Source of the DNA: Jatrophihabitantaceae bacterium
Lineage (GTDB): Bacteria > Actinomycetota > Actinomycetes > Mycobacteriales > Jatrophihabitantaceae
Length of the DNA stretch: 64,000 nucleotides
NCBI GenBank assembly: GCA_035999365.1
Contig: DASYGT010000022.1
Location: forward strand, 5,167-69,166
Reading direction: 5' to 3'
Positions 29,975 to 39,010 of the stretch are shown piece after piece. Within the stretch, counting starts at the first letter, position 1. Each line of letters opens with the position of its first letter. Both the position numbers and the translations under genes were made by a program. The notes below the pieces were generated by a model that saw only the letters and a program-made list of their open reading frames with translations, searched no databases and had not been told where the DNA came from.

Positions 29975-30826
29975 GTGGTTGCCGATGAGGGGGATCTCAC
30001 GCCTGCGGCCACACCCGCGCCGCGCTCGGTGATCGAGTTGCTCGCCGACTCCGACCGTCCGGGCGGGTTCCTGCTTCTCATGGATCGGATCCGACAGTCC
30101 TACGTCGATCTGGACGATCCGACGTACCTGGATTTCGAGTACATGCAGGCCTTCGCGGATATCGTCGATGCGCTCGCCGACGGCCCGCTGGCTGTCACGC
30201 ATATCGGCGGCGGCGCCTGCACGTTCGCACGTTATATCGCCGCGACCCGCCCGGGGTCGTCGCAGATCGTGTTGGAACCTGACGTCGCCCTGGCCTCGCT
30301 GGTGCGTGCTCAGCTGCCCTTCGCACGTGGAGCCCGAGTACGCATCCGGCCCGTCGACGGTCGTGGCGGACTGCGTGAGCTCAAACGTGGCAGCGCTGAC
30401 CTGATCGTGCTCGATGCGTTTCACGGCGGGCGGGTGCCGCCGGAACTCACCACCGCCGAGTTCTTCGCCGACGCGGCGAGGGTCCTGCGTGAGGACGGTG
30501 TGCTGCTCGTCAACGTTGCCGACGGGCCGCCGGGGACATTCACCCGCAGGCTGGCCGCCGCAGTGCGGATATCCATGCCGCACCTGCTGATCGCCGGAGA
30601 CTCCTCCGTCGTGCGGCTGCGGCGGTTCGGCAACCTTGTCCTGGCCGCTTCGGCCCGGCCGCTTCCCGTCGATGCGGTGCGCACCGCAGCAGCCCGTGCG
30701 ATGTTCCCCCGCAGCGTGCTCGACGGCACCCGCCTGGGCGAGTTCGTCAGGTCGGCGACTCCGCTCACCGACGCCGATCCGATGCGGTCACCGGAACCGC
30801 CCGAGGAGATGTGGCGTGTCGGGTGA
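29975..30826 (+). CDS. spermidine-synthase-like class I methyltransferase-fold protein
   Basis: ORF 29180..30826 trimmed to GTG 29975 (alternative 30029), since upstream of that it is antisense to the kinase. LAVTHIGGGACTFARYI, ADLIVLDAFHGGRVPPELTTAEFF, DGVLLVNV. Confidence 0.7.
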   Translation: MVADEGDLTPAATPAPRSVIELLADSDRPGGFLLLMDRIRQSYVDLDDPTYLDFEYMQAFADIVDALADGPLAVTHIGGGACTFARYIAATRPGSSQIVLEPDVALASLVRAQLPFARGARVRIRPVDGRGGLRELKRGSADLIVLDAFHGGRVPPELTTAEFFADAARVLREDGVLLVNVADGPPGTFTRRLAAAVRISMPHLLIAGDSSVVRLRRFGNLVLAASARPLPVDAVRTAAARAMFPRSVLDGTRLGEFVRSATPLTDADPMRSPEPPEEMWRVG

Positions 30827-31616
30827 CGAACCCGGGACGATGGTCGCCGTGCCGACGCATGCATCCCGCCCCTATCACGAGCGCGACCGGGCCGAATCCT
30901 TCGGATCTATCGCGCAGCAGTACGACCGGTTCCGGCCGAGCTATCCCGAAGAACTGATCGACGACCTCGTCGCGATCGGGCCTGCGGACGTGCTTGACGT
31001 GGGGTGCGGCACGGGCAAGGCAGGCCGGCTGCTTGCCGAGCGAGGCCTGTCGGTGCTCGGTGTCGAGATCGATGCGCAGATGGCGGCGATCGCCGGCGAG
31101 CACGGTCTCGAGGTCGAGGTCGCGTCGTTCGAACAGTGGCTTGCCGAAGGTCGCAGGTTCGATCTGCTCATCTGCGGCCAGGCCTGGCACTGGATCAACC
31201 CGCAGATCGGCGTGCCCAAGGCGGCGACCGTGCTCCGTCCCGGCGGCACGGTCGCGCTGTTCTGGAACAGCAGCACGCTGCGCGGCGACGTCGTCGCCCA
31301 GCTCGAGGGCGTCTACCGGTACCGGGCTCCGGCGTTGCTGCCGAGCGGCGAGACGGCCGAGCCGCCGTACGCGGCCGACCTGGAACGTAGCCGGCTGTTC
31401 GACAAGCCGTTCACCCGCACCTACGCATGGACGCAGGAGTACTCGACGAACGAGTGGGTTCAGATGGTGCTGACGCACAGCGACCACCTACTGCTCGCTC
31501 CCGGTGTCCGCGACGCTCTCATCAACGACGTCAGCGACGTCATCGACGCCAACGGTGGGCAGGTCGTGGCCGACTACAGCACGTATGCGGTCTTCGCCCA
31601 CGTGCCGAGCGCGTGA
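30816..31616 (+). CDS. class I SAM-dependent methyltransferase
   Basis: ORF 30636..31616. GTG 30816 is preceded by GAGGAG (7-nt spacer); the alternative is ATG 30840. Motif I VLDVGCGTGKAGRLLAERG; post-I VLGVEID; DLLICGQAWHW. Confidence 0.82.
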   Translation: MSGDEPGTMVAVPTHASRPYHERDRAESFGSIAQQYDRFRPSYPEELIDDLVAIGPADVLDVGCGTGKAGRLLAERGLSVLGVEIDAQMAAIAGEHGLEVEVASFEQWLAEGRRFDLLICGQAWHWINPQIGVPKAATVLRPGGTVALFWNSSTLRGDVVAQLEGVYRYRAPALLPSGETAEPPYAADLERSRLFDKPFTRTYAWTQEYSTNEWVQMVLTHSDHLLLAPGVRDALINDVSDVIDANGGQVVADYSTYAVFAHVPSA

Positions 31617-31650
31617 TGCGTGCGACAGGGGTCGTGGCAGGCTCGGCGTT

Positions 31651-31977
31651 ATGGAGCTGACGACAATTCCGGATGCGGCGAACATCCTCGGCGTGCCCGT
31701 GACACGCGTACATCAGTACTTGCGTGATGGGCATCTCGTCGGGCTTCGCGACGCGAACGGCGTCCGGTGTGTGCCGTCGTCGCTGCTGCAGGACGGTGCG
31801 ATCGTGAAATCGCTGGCGTCGGTGATCACGCAGTTGCGCGATGCACGCTTCGACGACGACGAGATCATCGAATGGCTCTTCCGTGAGGACGACTCACTGC
31901 CGGGAACACCGATCGACGCGCTGCGGGCCAACCGCGGCAGCGAGGTCAAGCGCCGCGCACAGGTCGCCGGATTCTGA
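31651..31977 (+). CDS. Rv2175c-family winged-helix DNA-binding protein (known PknL substrate family)
   Basis: ORF 31504..31977 trimmed to ATG 31651. MELTTIPDAANILGVPVTRVHQYLRDGHLVGLRD...DDEIIEWLFREDDSLPGTPIDALRANRGSEVKRRAQVAGF matches my recollection of Rv2175c-like proteins. Confidence 0.8.
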   Translation: MELTTIPDAANILGVPVTRVHQYLRDGHLVGLRDANGVRCVPSSLLQDGAIVKSLASVITQLRDARFDDDEIIEWLFREDDSLPGTPIDALRANRGSEVKRRAQVAGF

Positions 31978-31994
31978 CGGCGCCCGATCACTTC

Positions 31995-32327
31995 ATGCGC
32001 CACTTCACCTACCTCCTCATCCTTGCCTCGTGCCTGATCGCGACGCTGCCGCTCGAACTCGTACTCAGAACCCGCGTGTACGCCCGGTGGCACCGATTGC
32101 TGCTGGCGTTGGTGCCCTCAGCGGTGCTGTTCGTCGCCTGGGACCTGTGGGCGATCGGGTCACATGCGTGGAGCTACGACCGGGCCTACATCGTCGGCGT
32201 CACGCTGCCTGGTCACCTGCCCGTCGAGGAGTTGCTGTTCTTCGCGGTGATCCCCACGTGCGCGATCCTGACGCTCGAGGCAGTGCGCGCACGGCGCCCG
32301 CACTGGAGCTTCGGGGACGAGCCGTGA
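31995..32327 (+). CDS. crtYc: lycopene cyclase domain protein (heterodimeric cyclase subunit, CrtYc-like)
   Basis: 110 aa, three TM helices, with PVEELLFF, the motif typical of small actinobacterial lycopene cyclase subunits. The stop overlaps the next GTG (GTGA). Adjacent to crtB/crtI. Confidence 0.75.
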   Translation: MRHFTYLLILASCLIATLPLELVLRTRVYARWHRLLLALVPSAVLFVAWDLWAIGSHAWSYDRAYIVGVTLPGHLPVEELLFFAVIPTCAILTLEAVRARRPHWSFGDEP

Positions 32328-32680
32328 ACTACACGCTCACCGCGCTGATCGCCGTTGGGGCCGCGTTGGTGTATGACCTGGCGGTAGCCCGCACTCGGTT
32401 GACCGGCCGGAAGTCGTTCTGGACGGCGTACGCCATCGTGCTCGGCTTCCAACTGGTGGTGAACGGCCTGCTGACCGGGCTTCGTGTCGTTCGCTACAAC
32501 AGCAGGAGCATTCTCGGCTGGCGCATCGCCTACGCGCCGGTCGAAGATCTTCTCTTCGGCTTCGCTCTGGTACTCGTCACCCTGACGACCTGGGTCTGGC
32601 TCGGGCGTCACGCCGCGACCGACGTGCCGAGAGCAGACCGCCCACCCCCACCACGGCGCGGCGTGGCACGCCGACGCTGA
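32324..32680 (+). CDS. crtYd: lycopene cyclase domain protein (second subunit, CrtYd-like)
   Basis: In-frame GTG 32324 within ORF 31841..32680, giving 118 aa. Hydrophobic, with PVEDLLFGF. The Arg/Pro-rich last ~30 aa overlap the 3' end of crtB, so the real stop or tail is questionable. Confidence 0.65.
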   Translation: MNYTLTALIAVGAALVYDLAVARTRLTGRKSFWTAYAIVLGFQLVVNGLLTGLRVVRYNSRSILGWRIAYAPVEDLLFGFALVLVTLTTWVWLGRHAATDVPRADRPPPPRRGVARRR

Positions 32681-33533
32681 TCCGTCGGTCGAAGACGTCG
32701 TAGTTGCGCCGCTCCACCTCGTCGAGTATCTGTTCGTAGAGATTCAGCGCAGTGCGCAGGCAGTCGCGCGATGTCGGGTCGACGAGAGCAATTCCACGTT
32801 GCGCGCCGCGGTACAGCGCACGCGCACGCTCGATCTCCGATGCCAGCAGGTTCCGGATGGGTTCGTCCACCCGCCGCAGCTGCAGGCGATCGCGGTCCAC
32901 ACCGAACAGCGCGAGAGATTCCTGCGGCAGGTAGATGCGCCCGCGGTCGAGATCCTCGCCGACGTCACGGATGAAGTTCGTGAGCTGAAAGGCTGTCGCC
33001 AGGTCCACGGCGGGGGCCTCGAGTTCATCCCACCGAACGTCTTCGCCCGCGCGCCCCAAGATGGGCAGCATCTGCAGTCCGATCACTGCCGCCGAGCCCC
33101 ACATGTAGGCCGCAAGGTCTTCGTACGTCTCGTACGACGTCACCGTGAGGTCCATTCGCATCGCATCCAGGAAGTCGGCGAAGTAGGAAACGGGCAGCTC
33201 CCATCGTGTGATCGTGTCGATGACGGCCCGACTCACCGGATCGCTGGTCGAGCGCCAGTCGAGATCGGCCAGGAACTCCTCGCTCCAGTGGGTGAAGCGC
33301 TCGCTGCGTTGCGTGCTCGTCAATGCGGGATCGAGGTCGTCGACGATGTCGTCGACATGCCTCGCAAAGCCGTACAGCGCGTGCACGAACGGGCGCTTGA
33401 CCGGTGGCAGCAGCAGCGTCGCGAGAAAATACGTGCGGCCGTGTCGAGCGTTGATGCGCCGGCACAGCCGGTAGCTCTCCCGCAGCGCGGGATCGCCGAT
33501 GCCCGCCGCGTCCAGCTCGCTGGACGCAGTCAT
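32577..33533 (-). CDS. crtB: phytoene synthase
   Basis: 318 aa. SYRLCRRINARHGRTYFLAT, YGFARHVDDIVDD, NFIRDVGEDLDRGRIYLP. The start overlaps the crtI stop (ATGA). Confidence 0.93.
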   Translation of the reverse strand: MTASSELDAAGIGDPALRESYRLCRRINARHGRTYFLATLLLPPVKRPFVHALYGFARHVDDIVDDLDPALTSTQRSERFTHWSEEFLADLDWRSTSDPVSRAVIDTITRWELPVSYFADFLDAMRMDLTVTSYETYEDLAAYMWGSAAVIGLQMLPILGRAGEDVRWDELEAPAVDLATAFQLTNFIRDVGEDLDRGRIYLPQESLALFGVDRDRLQLRRVDEPIRNLLASEIERARALYRGAQRGIALVDPTSRDCLRTALNLYEQILDEVERRNYDVFDRRISVGVPRRAVVGVGGLLSARRSRRDARARPRSSG

Positions 33534-35035
33534 GCGACCGACGGTCCGAGCGCTCCGGTGATCCGTTGCGCCGCCAGACGCCCGGAGATGAGAACCATCG
33601 GCACCCCCACGCCGGGCTGCGTATTCGATCCGCAGAAGACGAGATTCTCGACACGCCGGTCAAGGGTGGGTGCCCGGAACGGTCCCGTCTGCCGGAAGGA
33701 GTGCGCGGCCGCGAACGGCGCTCCAGCGGCGAGGCCCTGCGCGCGCCAGTCGGCCGGTGTCACCAGGTGCTCGCATTCGATGCCCGCGCCGAAGCCCGGA
33801 TACCCGCGGGCCTCCAGGGTGTCGACGATCTGATCGCGGTAGGCCTTCGCGCCGTCGGCCCAGTCGACTGCGGCGCGCCCGGCCGTGTTCGGCGCCGGGA
33901 ACAATGCGTAGTAGGTGTGGCGTCCGGCGGGCGCGAGCGACGGGTCGGTGCGGGTGGGATTGGTCAGCAGGAAGGACGGATCGCTCATCAGCTCGCCACG
34001 GTCGATGATCTGCCGGAACGTCTCGCCCCACGCCGTTCCGAAATTGATCGTGTGATGCGCGAGCTCCTCGAACGACGCACTTGATCCGGCGTGCAGTACG
34101 ACGGCCGACGGTGAATATTTCAGCCGACGCAGCCGCCGGGGCGCATAGCCCGGCGGTAGGAGTTCGTCATAGGCCGTCGGCAGGTCGGCGTTCACCACGA
34201 CGACGTCAGCAGGTATGCGATCGCCGTCGGAAGTGATCACCGCACTTGCCCGGCCGCCGGCAACTTCGATCCTGGCGACGGTGGTGTTCATACGGAACCG
34301 AACGCCGTGCGCCGACGCCGCGGCGGCGAGAGCACGCGGCACCTCGTGCATGCCGCCGACGGGAAAGTAGACGCCGCGCACGCAGTCCATGTAGGTGATG
34401 ACCGCGTAGATTGCGAGGGCGTCGTCCGGCGCCAGCCCGGCGTACATGGACTGGAACGAGAACAAGCGGCGCAACCGCTCGTCCTGGAAGTACTGCGCGA
34501 CCTTCGGCCCGAGGCGGCGGAACCCCCCCATCGCGGTGAGGCGGGCGAGCGGTGCGCCGAGCAGGGCAAACGGAGAGTCGAGGTTGCGTTCGATGAAGTG
34601 GGGCATCTCGACCTCGTACAGCGAGCGCAGGTATGCGACGAACCGCCGGTAGCCGTCGGCATCGGCAGCCGAGCAGTGTGTCGCGATCTCGTCGGTCATG
34701 GCGTCGACGTCAGCCCGTACGTCGATGGTGCTGCCGTCGGCGAACCGCGCGCGGTAGGCAGGATCGAGGCGACGCAGCGTGAGCCAGTCGGCCATGTCCT
34801 CACCGACGGCGGCGAAGGCGTCAGCCACCAATTCGGGCATCGTCAGCACGGTCGGGCCGGTGTCGAAGCGATAGCCGTGGTCGCGAATCAGCCCCGCGCG
34901 TCCGCCGACGACCGCCTCACGTTCGACAACAGTGACGTTGCGGGCCGCGCCTGCCAGCTGTAGCGCCGCGGAGAGCCCGCCCAGTCCGGCGCCGATGACG
35001 ACGACCGACTGGGTCGATCCGGGAACGGTGCGCAT
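33530..35035 (-). CDS. crtI: phytoene desaturase
   Basis: 501 aa. FAD-binding N-terminus VVVIGAGLGGLSAALQLAGAARNVTVVEREAVVGGRAG. C-terminal FCGSNTQPGVGVPMVLISG. Confidence 0.93.
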   Translation of the reverse strand: MRTVPGSTQSVVVIGAGLGGLSAALQLAGAARNVTVVEREAVVGGRAGLIRDHGYRFDTGPTVLTMPELVADAFAAVGEDMADWLTLRRLDPAYRARFADGSTIDVRADVDAMTDEIATHCSAADADGYRRFVAYLRSLYEVEMPHFIERNLDSPFALLGAPLARLTAMGGFRRLGPKVAQYFQDERLRRLFSFQSMYAGLAPDDALAIYAVITYMDCVRGVYFPVGGMHEVPRALAAAASAHGVRFRMNTTVARIEVAGGRASAVITSDGDRIPADVVVVNADLPTAYDELLPPGYAPRRLRRLKYSPSAVVLHAGSSASFEELAHHTINFGTAWGETFRQIIDRGELMSDPSFLLTNPTRTDPSLAPAGRHTYYALFPAPNTAGRAAVDWADGAKAYRDQIVDTLEARGYPGFGAGIECEHLVTPADWRAQGLAAGAPFAAAHSFRQTGPFRAPTLDRRVENLVFCGSNTQPGVGVPMVLISGRLAAQRITGALGPSVA

Positions 35036-35101
35036 CGTGTTCGAGGTTACTGAGCGCCCCCGTCGTCCCGAACCGCGGGCGGCAACGACATGGCGGACCC
35101 C

Positions 35102-36169
35102 TCAGGTGCGCCGCTCGGTGGCCGCCACCGCGAGCTGGTCGAGCGCCTCCTGCGCGTCGGTGCTCAGCGCATCGGTGCGCAACGCGGCGCGCGCCTCGTC
35201 AGCCCGTTGAACGATCCTGTGCTCGACGAGGTCGAGGGCTCCCGTGCCGACGATGAGATCTCGCAGCGCGTCGATCTGTGCCTCGTCGAGGACTCCGCGC
35301 GCGAACGTGTCACGGATGAAGCCGGCGTCGACGGCCGACGCGCGCTGCATCGTCAGCGCGATCAGCAACGTGCGCTTGCCTTCGCGCAGGTCGTCACCTG
35401 CCGGCTTGCCAGTCACGACCGGGTCGCCGAAAACGCCGAGTACGTCGTCGCGCAGTTGGAATGCCTCTCCGAGCGGGACCCCGTACGCGGTGAGTGCCGA
35501 GAAGACGGCAGGACCGGCACCGGCTGCGGCAGCACCGAGATGCAGTGGACCTTCGACGGTGTACTTGCTTGTCTTGAACTTGGCGACACGCAGTGCGTCT
35601 TCGGCGGAGAATTCGCCCCGCGCCTGGACGAGCACGTCGAGGTACTGACCCGCCATCACCAATTCGCGCATGTCGTCCCAGACCCGGCGTACTGCCGGTC
35701 GGACCGGCCCGGGCAGATCGGCAGACGCGAACAGCGCGTCGGCCCACGACAGCAGCAGGTCGCCGAGCAGGATGGCCGCGGCCGTGCCGAATGCTTCGGG
35801 GTCGCCGGTCCATCCGGACGCGCGGTGCAGTTCGGCGAAGGCGTGGTGCGCCGATGGCCGCCCGCGCCGCGTTGCCGACGCATCCATGACGTCGTCGTGG
35901 ATCAAGGCGCACGCATGCAGCAACTCCAAGCTGGCCGCGGCCACGACGAGCGCCGTGTCGTCCTCCGCTGCGTCCCGGACCGATCGCCAGCCCCAGTACG
36001 CGAAGCTCGGACGCAGCCGCTTGCCGCCGTCGAGCACGAAAGTCCGCGCGGCATCGGCCACGGCTGTGATGTCCGCGCCGACCTCGGACAGCGAGTCGTC
36101 GCGCGAGTCTATGAAGGCCGCCAACACGGTGTCGACGCGCTTGAGCAAGGCGTCAACGGGCCAGGTCAC
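35102..36169 (-). CDS. idsA: polyprenyl (geranylgeranyl) diphosphate synthase, CrtE/IdsA2-like
   Basis: 355 aa. First Asp-rich motif LIHDDVMD; second FQLRDDVLGVFGD. It heads the crtI-crtB operon and occupies the Rv2173 position next to MTHFR. Confidence 0.9.
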   Translation of the reverse strand: MTWPVDALLKRVDTVLAAFIDSRDDSLSEVGADITAVADAARTFVLDGGKRLRPSFAYWGWRSVRDAAEDDTALVVAAASLELLHACALIHDDVMDASATRRGRPSAHHAFAELHRASGWTGDPEAFGTAAAILLGDLLLSWADALFASADLPGPVRPAVRRVWDDMRELVMAGQYLDVLVQARGEFSAEDALRVAKFKTSKYTVEGPLHLGAAAAGAGPAVFSALTAYGVPLGEAFQLRDDVLGVFGDPVVTGKPAGDDLREGKRTLLIALTMQRASAVDAGFIRDTFARGVLDEAQIDALRDLIVGTGALDLVEHRIVQRADEARAALRTDALSTDAQEALDQLAVAATERRT

Positions 36170-36193
36170 GCGCCGGACATTACGCTGGTGACC

Positions 36194-37078
36194 ATGGTGC
36201 GTACGGTGCGGGACTGTCTGGCGGAGGGGCGGCCGACGCTGTCGTTCGAGTTCTTCCCACCGCGCACGGAGCAGGACGAGCAGCGTATGTGGCGTTCGAT
36301 TCGCGAACTCGAGTCCCTGCAGCCGTCATTCGTGTCCGTCACCTACGGCGCCGGTGGCTCGACCCGCGACCGCACCATCGAGATCACCGAGCGCATCTTC
36401 GCCGACACGACGATGATGCCGGTCGCGCATCTCACGGCCGTCGATCACTCTGTGGCCGAGCTCCGCGGGATCGTCGGGCGGTTCGCCGACGCAGGCATCG
36501 TGAACATGCTGGCGTTGCGCGGTGACCCGCCGGGCGATCCGAACGGAGAATGGAAGCAGCATCCCGAAGGCGTGGCGTATGCGTCCGATCTGGTCGAACT
36601 GCTGCGCGCGCACGGGGACTTCTGCATCGGCGTCGCCGCCTTCCCGTACAAGCATCCGCGATCTTCCTCGGTCGAATCCGACACCGAGTGGTTCGTCGCC
36701 AAATGCCGGGCCGGCGCCGACTACGCGATCACGCAGATGTTCTTCGATGCTGACGATTACCTGCGACTGCGCGACCGTGTCGCCGTCGCCGGGTGTGAGG
36801 TGCCGATCATCCCGGGGATCATGCCGGTGACGAACATGGCGACGATCGCACGCTCCGAGCAGTTGTCGGGCGCGCCATTCCCGGCGGGGCTCGGTGCGAA
36901 GTTCGAGGCGGTCGCCGATGACGCGGCGGCGGTGCGTGAGCTCGGCATTGCCGAAGCGATCAGGCTGGCGCAGCGCCTCCTGGACGAGGGTGCACCCGGA
37001 CTGCACTTCATCACGATGAACTTCGCCAAGGCCACCCGCGAGGTGCTGGCCGAGGTGTCGATGCCTGCCGCCGTCTGA
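36194..37078 (+). CDS. metF: methylenetetrahydrofolate reductase
   Basis: ORF 35090..37078 trimmed to ATG 36194 (alternative GTG 36188). PTLSFEFFPPRT, SVTYGAGGSTRDRT, ALRGDPP, ITQMFFD. Confidence 0.9.
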   Translation: MVRTVRDCLAEGRPTLSFEFFPPRTEQDEQRMWRSIRELESLQPSFVSVTYGAGGSTRDRTIEITERIFADTTMMPVAHLTAVDHSVAELRGIVGRFADAGIVNMLALRGDPPGDPNGEWKQHPEGVAYASDLVELLRAHGDFCIGVAAFPYKHPRSSSVESDTEWFVAKCRAGADYAITQMFFDADDYLRLRDRVAVAGCEVPIIPGIMPVTNMATIARSEQLSGAPFPAGLGAKFEAVADDAAAVRELGIAEAIRLAQRLLDEGAPGLHFITMNFAKATREVLAEVSMPAAV

Positions 37079-37081
37079 CTC

Positions 37082-37657
37082 TCAGGCGGTGCGCGGCGCC
37101 TCGAGCGGCAGTCGGGCGCCGAGCACCGCGAACGGGCGGGTGTCACCGGGGAACAGGTAGTGGCGAGCGAGGTCGACGAAGCTCAGGCCGCGATACATCC
37201 GGAACGCCCGCGTGTCTGCGTCCGGTGTCGACAGCAGGACGGCTCGATGTCGAATGTCCCCGGTCAACTGCAGCAGCAGGTCGCGACCGATGCCACAGCC
37301 CTGGTACTCGGGCAGTACATGCAGTTCGGAGAGTTCGAAGGAATCGGTGAGCCAGTCGCCGGCCATCTGTGGTGACATCGCACGGCGCACGAGGTCGTGC
37401 CACCACTGGCCGGGCATCGTGGTGTAGCCGTACCCGAACCCGACGAATCGGCCGTCGCCGGTGAGCGCCGCGCGACAGGCGAATCCTTCGTTGCGCGCGT
37501 GCCGCCGGGCAGTGACCGCCCGCTGCGCGCCGGCGTGGGACGGGTACTCCATCGCCTGGACGTAGATGTGCATGGCGTCGTCGACGCCGGCGGCGAATTC
37601 ACGCCCCGTCCAGGAGACGATCTCGACGCTCGCCTGGGATTGCCCCGCCGCCTCCAT
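37082..37657 (-). CDS. GNAT family N-acetyltransferase
   Basis: ORF 37082..37771(-) trimmed to ATG 37657, giving 191 aa. Acetyl-CoA site LHVLPEYQGCGIGRDLL. Confidence 0.8.
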   Translation of the reverse strand: MEAAGQSQASVEIVSWTGREFAAGVDDAMHIYVQAMEYPSHAGAQRAVTARRHARNEGFACRAALTGDGRFVGFGYGYTTMPGQWWHDLVRRAMSPQMAGDWLTDSFELSELHVLPEYQGCGIGRDLLLQLTGDIRHRAVLLSTPDADTRAFRMYRGLSFVDLARHYLFPGDTRPFAVLGARLPLEAPRTA

Positions 37658-37795
37658 CAGACGATGGTGCCGTACCGGGCTGGCCCGGCGCACTGGCGAC
37701 CACCTGGTCGCACATGACATTCGGCGCGAATCGGCATCATGCGTCGATCTTCGTCCGGCATGCACAGGCAACCCTCACGCGCAGCTCATGGGGTT

Positions 37796-38272
37796 TCACG
37801 CCACCTCAGCCGGAAGGCCATGCGTCAAGCGCAGCAATTCGGCATAGGTGGTCGGGAAGACCGCGTGCGGGATGCCGCCGGCCGCCCAGATCTGCGGGTA
37901 GGCGGCCAGCGCTGTGTCGATCAGCGTGGGGATGGGCGCGGGATGCGCGACGGGGGCGACCCCGCCGATGCGTTGCCCCGTTGCCGCGTACACGAAATCG
38001 GCGTCGGCCCGAGAGAGGGAGGCGGTGCCGGCGGCCGTGGCAGCGCAGGCGGTGTCGACGCGATGTGCACCGCTGGTCATCACCAGCAATGCGGTCTGCT
38101 CGGCCGTCATGAAGATCAGCGAGTTCGCGATGGCGCCGATCTCGACACCGAGTTGTGCGGCAGCGGCAGCGGCGGTTGGCGCCGCCTCGCCGAGTAGCCG
38201 CACCCGGCCGGGCACCCCTGCCTGCTCCAGAACGGCGTTCACCGCGAGGCAATTGGGATGCATGCGCAGCAC
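37796..38272 (-). CDS. YbaK/EbsC-family aminoacyl-tRNA editing (deacylase) domain protein
   Basis: 158 aa (GTG 38272; ATG 38263 is the alternative). LGVEIGAIANSLIFMTAEQTALLVMTSGAHRVD...ATGQRIGGVAPVAH follows the YbaK/ProX pattern. Confidence 0.72.
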   Translation of the reverse strand: MLRMHPNCLAVNAVLEQAGVPGRVRLLGEAAPTAAAAAAQLGVEIGAIANSLIFMTAEQTALLVMTSGAHRVDTACAATAAGTASLSRADADFVYAATGQRIGGVAPVAHPAPIPTLIDTALAAYPQIWAAGGIPHAVFPTTYAELLRLTHGLPAEVA

Positions 38273-38311
38273 GCTACCGACCCGTCCGGCCGAGTCGATC
38301 AGTCAGGACGA

Positions 38312-39010
38312 TCAGTGCAGCCCGCACTCCGTCTTGCTCGTGCCGGCCCACCTGCCGGCGCGCAGGTCTTCGCCCACGGAGATGCGGCGCGTGCATGGTG
38401 CGCAGCCGATCGAGGCGTAGCCGTCGAACACGAGCGGGTTCACCAGCACGTTGTTCTCGGTGATGTACGCGTCGACCTTGTCCTGGGTCCATGTCGCGAT
38501 CGGGTTGAGCTTGACCATCTTGCGGCGGTCGTCCCATTCGACGACCCGCGCGTCACGGCGAGTGCTCGCCTCATCACGACGCAGCCCGGTGGCCCAAGCC
38601 GAGTAACCGGCAAGGGAGTCGCGCAACGGCAACACCTTGCGCAGCGCGCAGCACTGGTCCGGATTGCGTTCGTAGAGTCGCGCGCCGAAGCTCTCGTCCT
38701 GCTGTGCGACGGTGCGCTTGGGTGTGATGGTCCGGACAGTGACGGGAAGCGTGGCGGCGACGGCGTCACGAGTGCCGATGGTCTCGGCGAAGTGATAGCC
38801 GGTGTCCAGAAACAGGATGTCGACGCCGGGGCGCACGCGTGAGGCGAGGTGCGCCATCACGGCATCGCCCATCGACGACGCCACGCACCAGGCCGAGCCG
38901 AATTGCTCGTCGGCCCAGGTGAGAATCTCGACGGCGGATGCGCCGTCGAGTTCCTCACCGGCCCGCTCAGCGAGCTGACGCAGCTCCATGTGCGTCGCTA
39001 CAGCAACCAT
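38312..39010 (-). CDS. cysH: adenylylsulfate/phosphoadenylylsulfate reductase (Fe-S type CysH)
   Basis: 232 aa. ILFLDTGYHFAET, the Cys pair CC in DQCCALRKV, SIGCAPCT, and the C-terminal ECGLH. The start overlaps the sirA 3' end by 13 nt. Confidence 0.92.
   Translation of the reverse strand: MVAVATHMELRQLAERAGEELDGASAVEILTWADEQFGSAWCVASSMGDAVMAHLASRVRPGVDILFLDTGYHFAETIGTRDAVAATLPVTVRTITPKRTVAQQDESFGARLYERNPDQCCALRKVLPLRDSLAGYSAWATGLRRDEASTRRDARVVEWDDRRKMVKLNPIATWTQDKVDAYITENNVLVNPLVFDGYASIGCAPCTRRISVGEDLRAGRWAGTSKTECGLH

Noticed and set aside
36170-36193. A possible SAM/THF-type riboswitch upstream of metF
   Set aside because: Only about 24 nt separate the divergent idsA and metF start codons, far too short for any known riboswitch aptamer.
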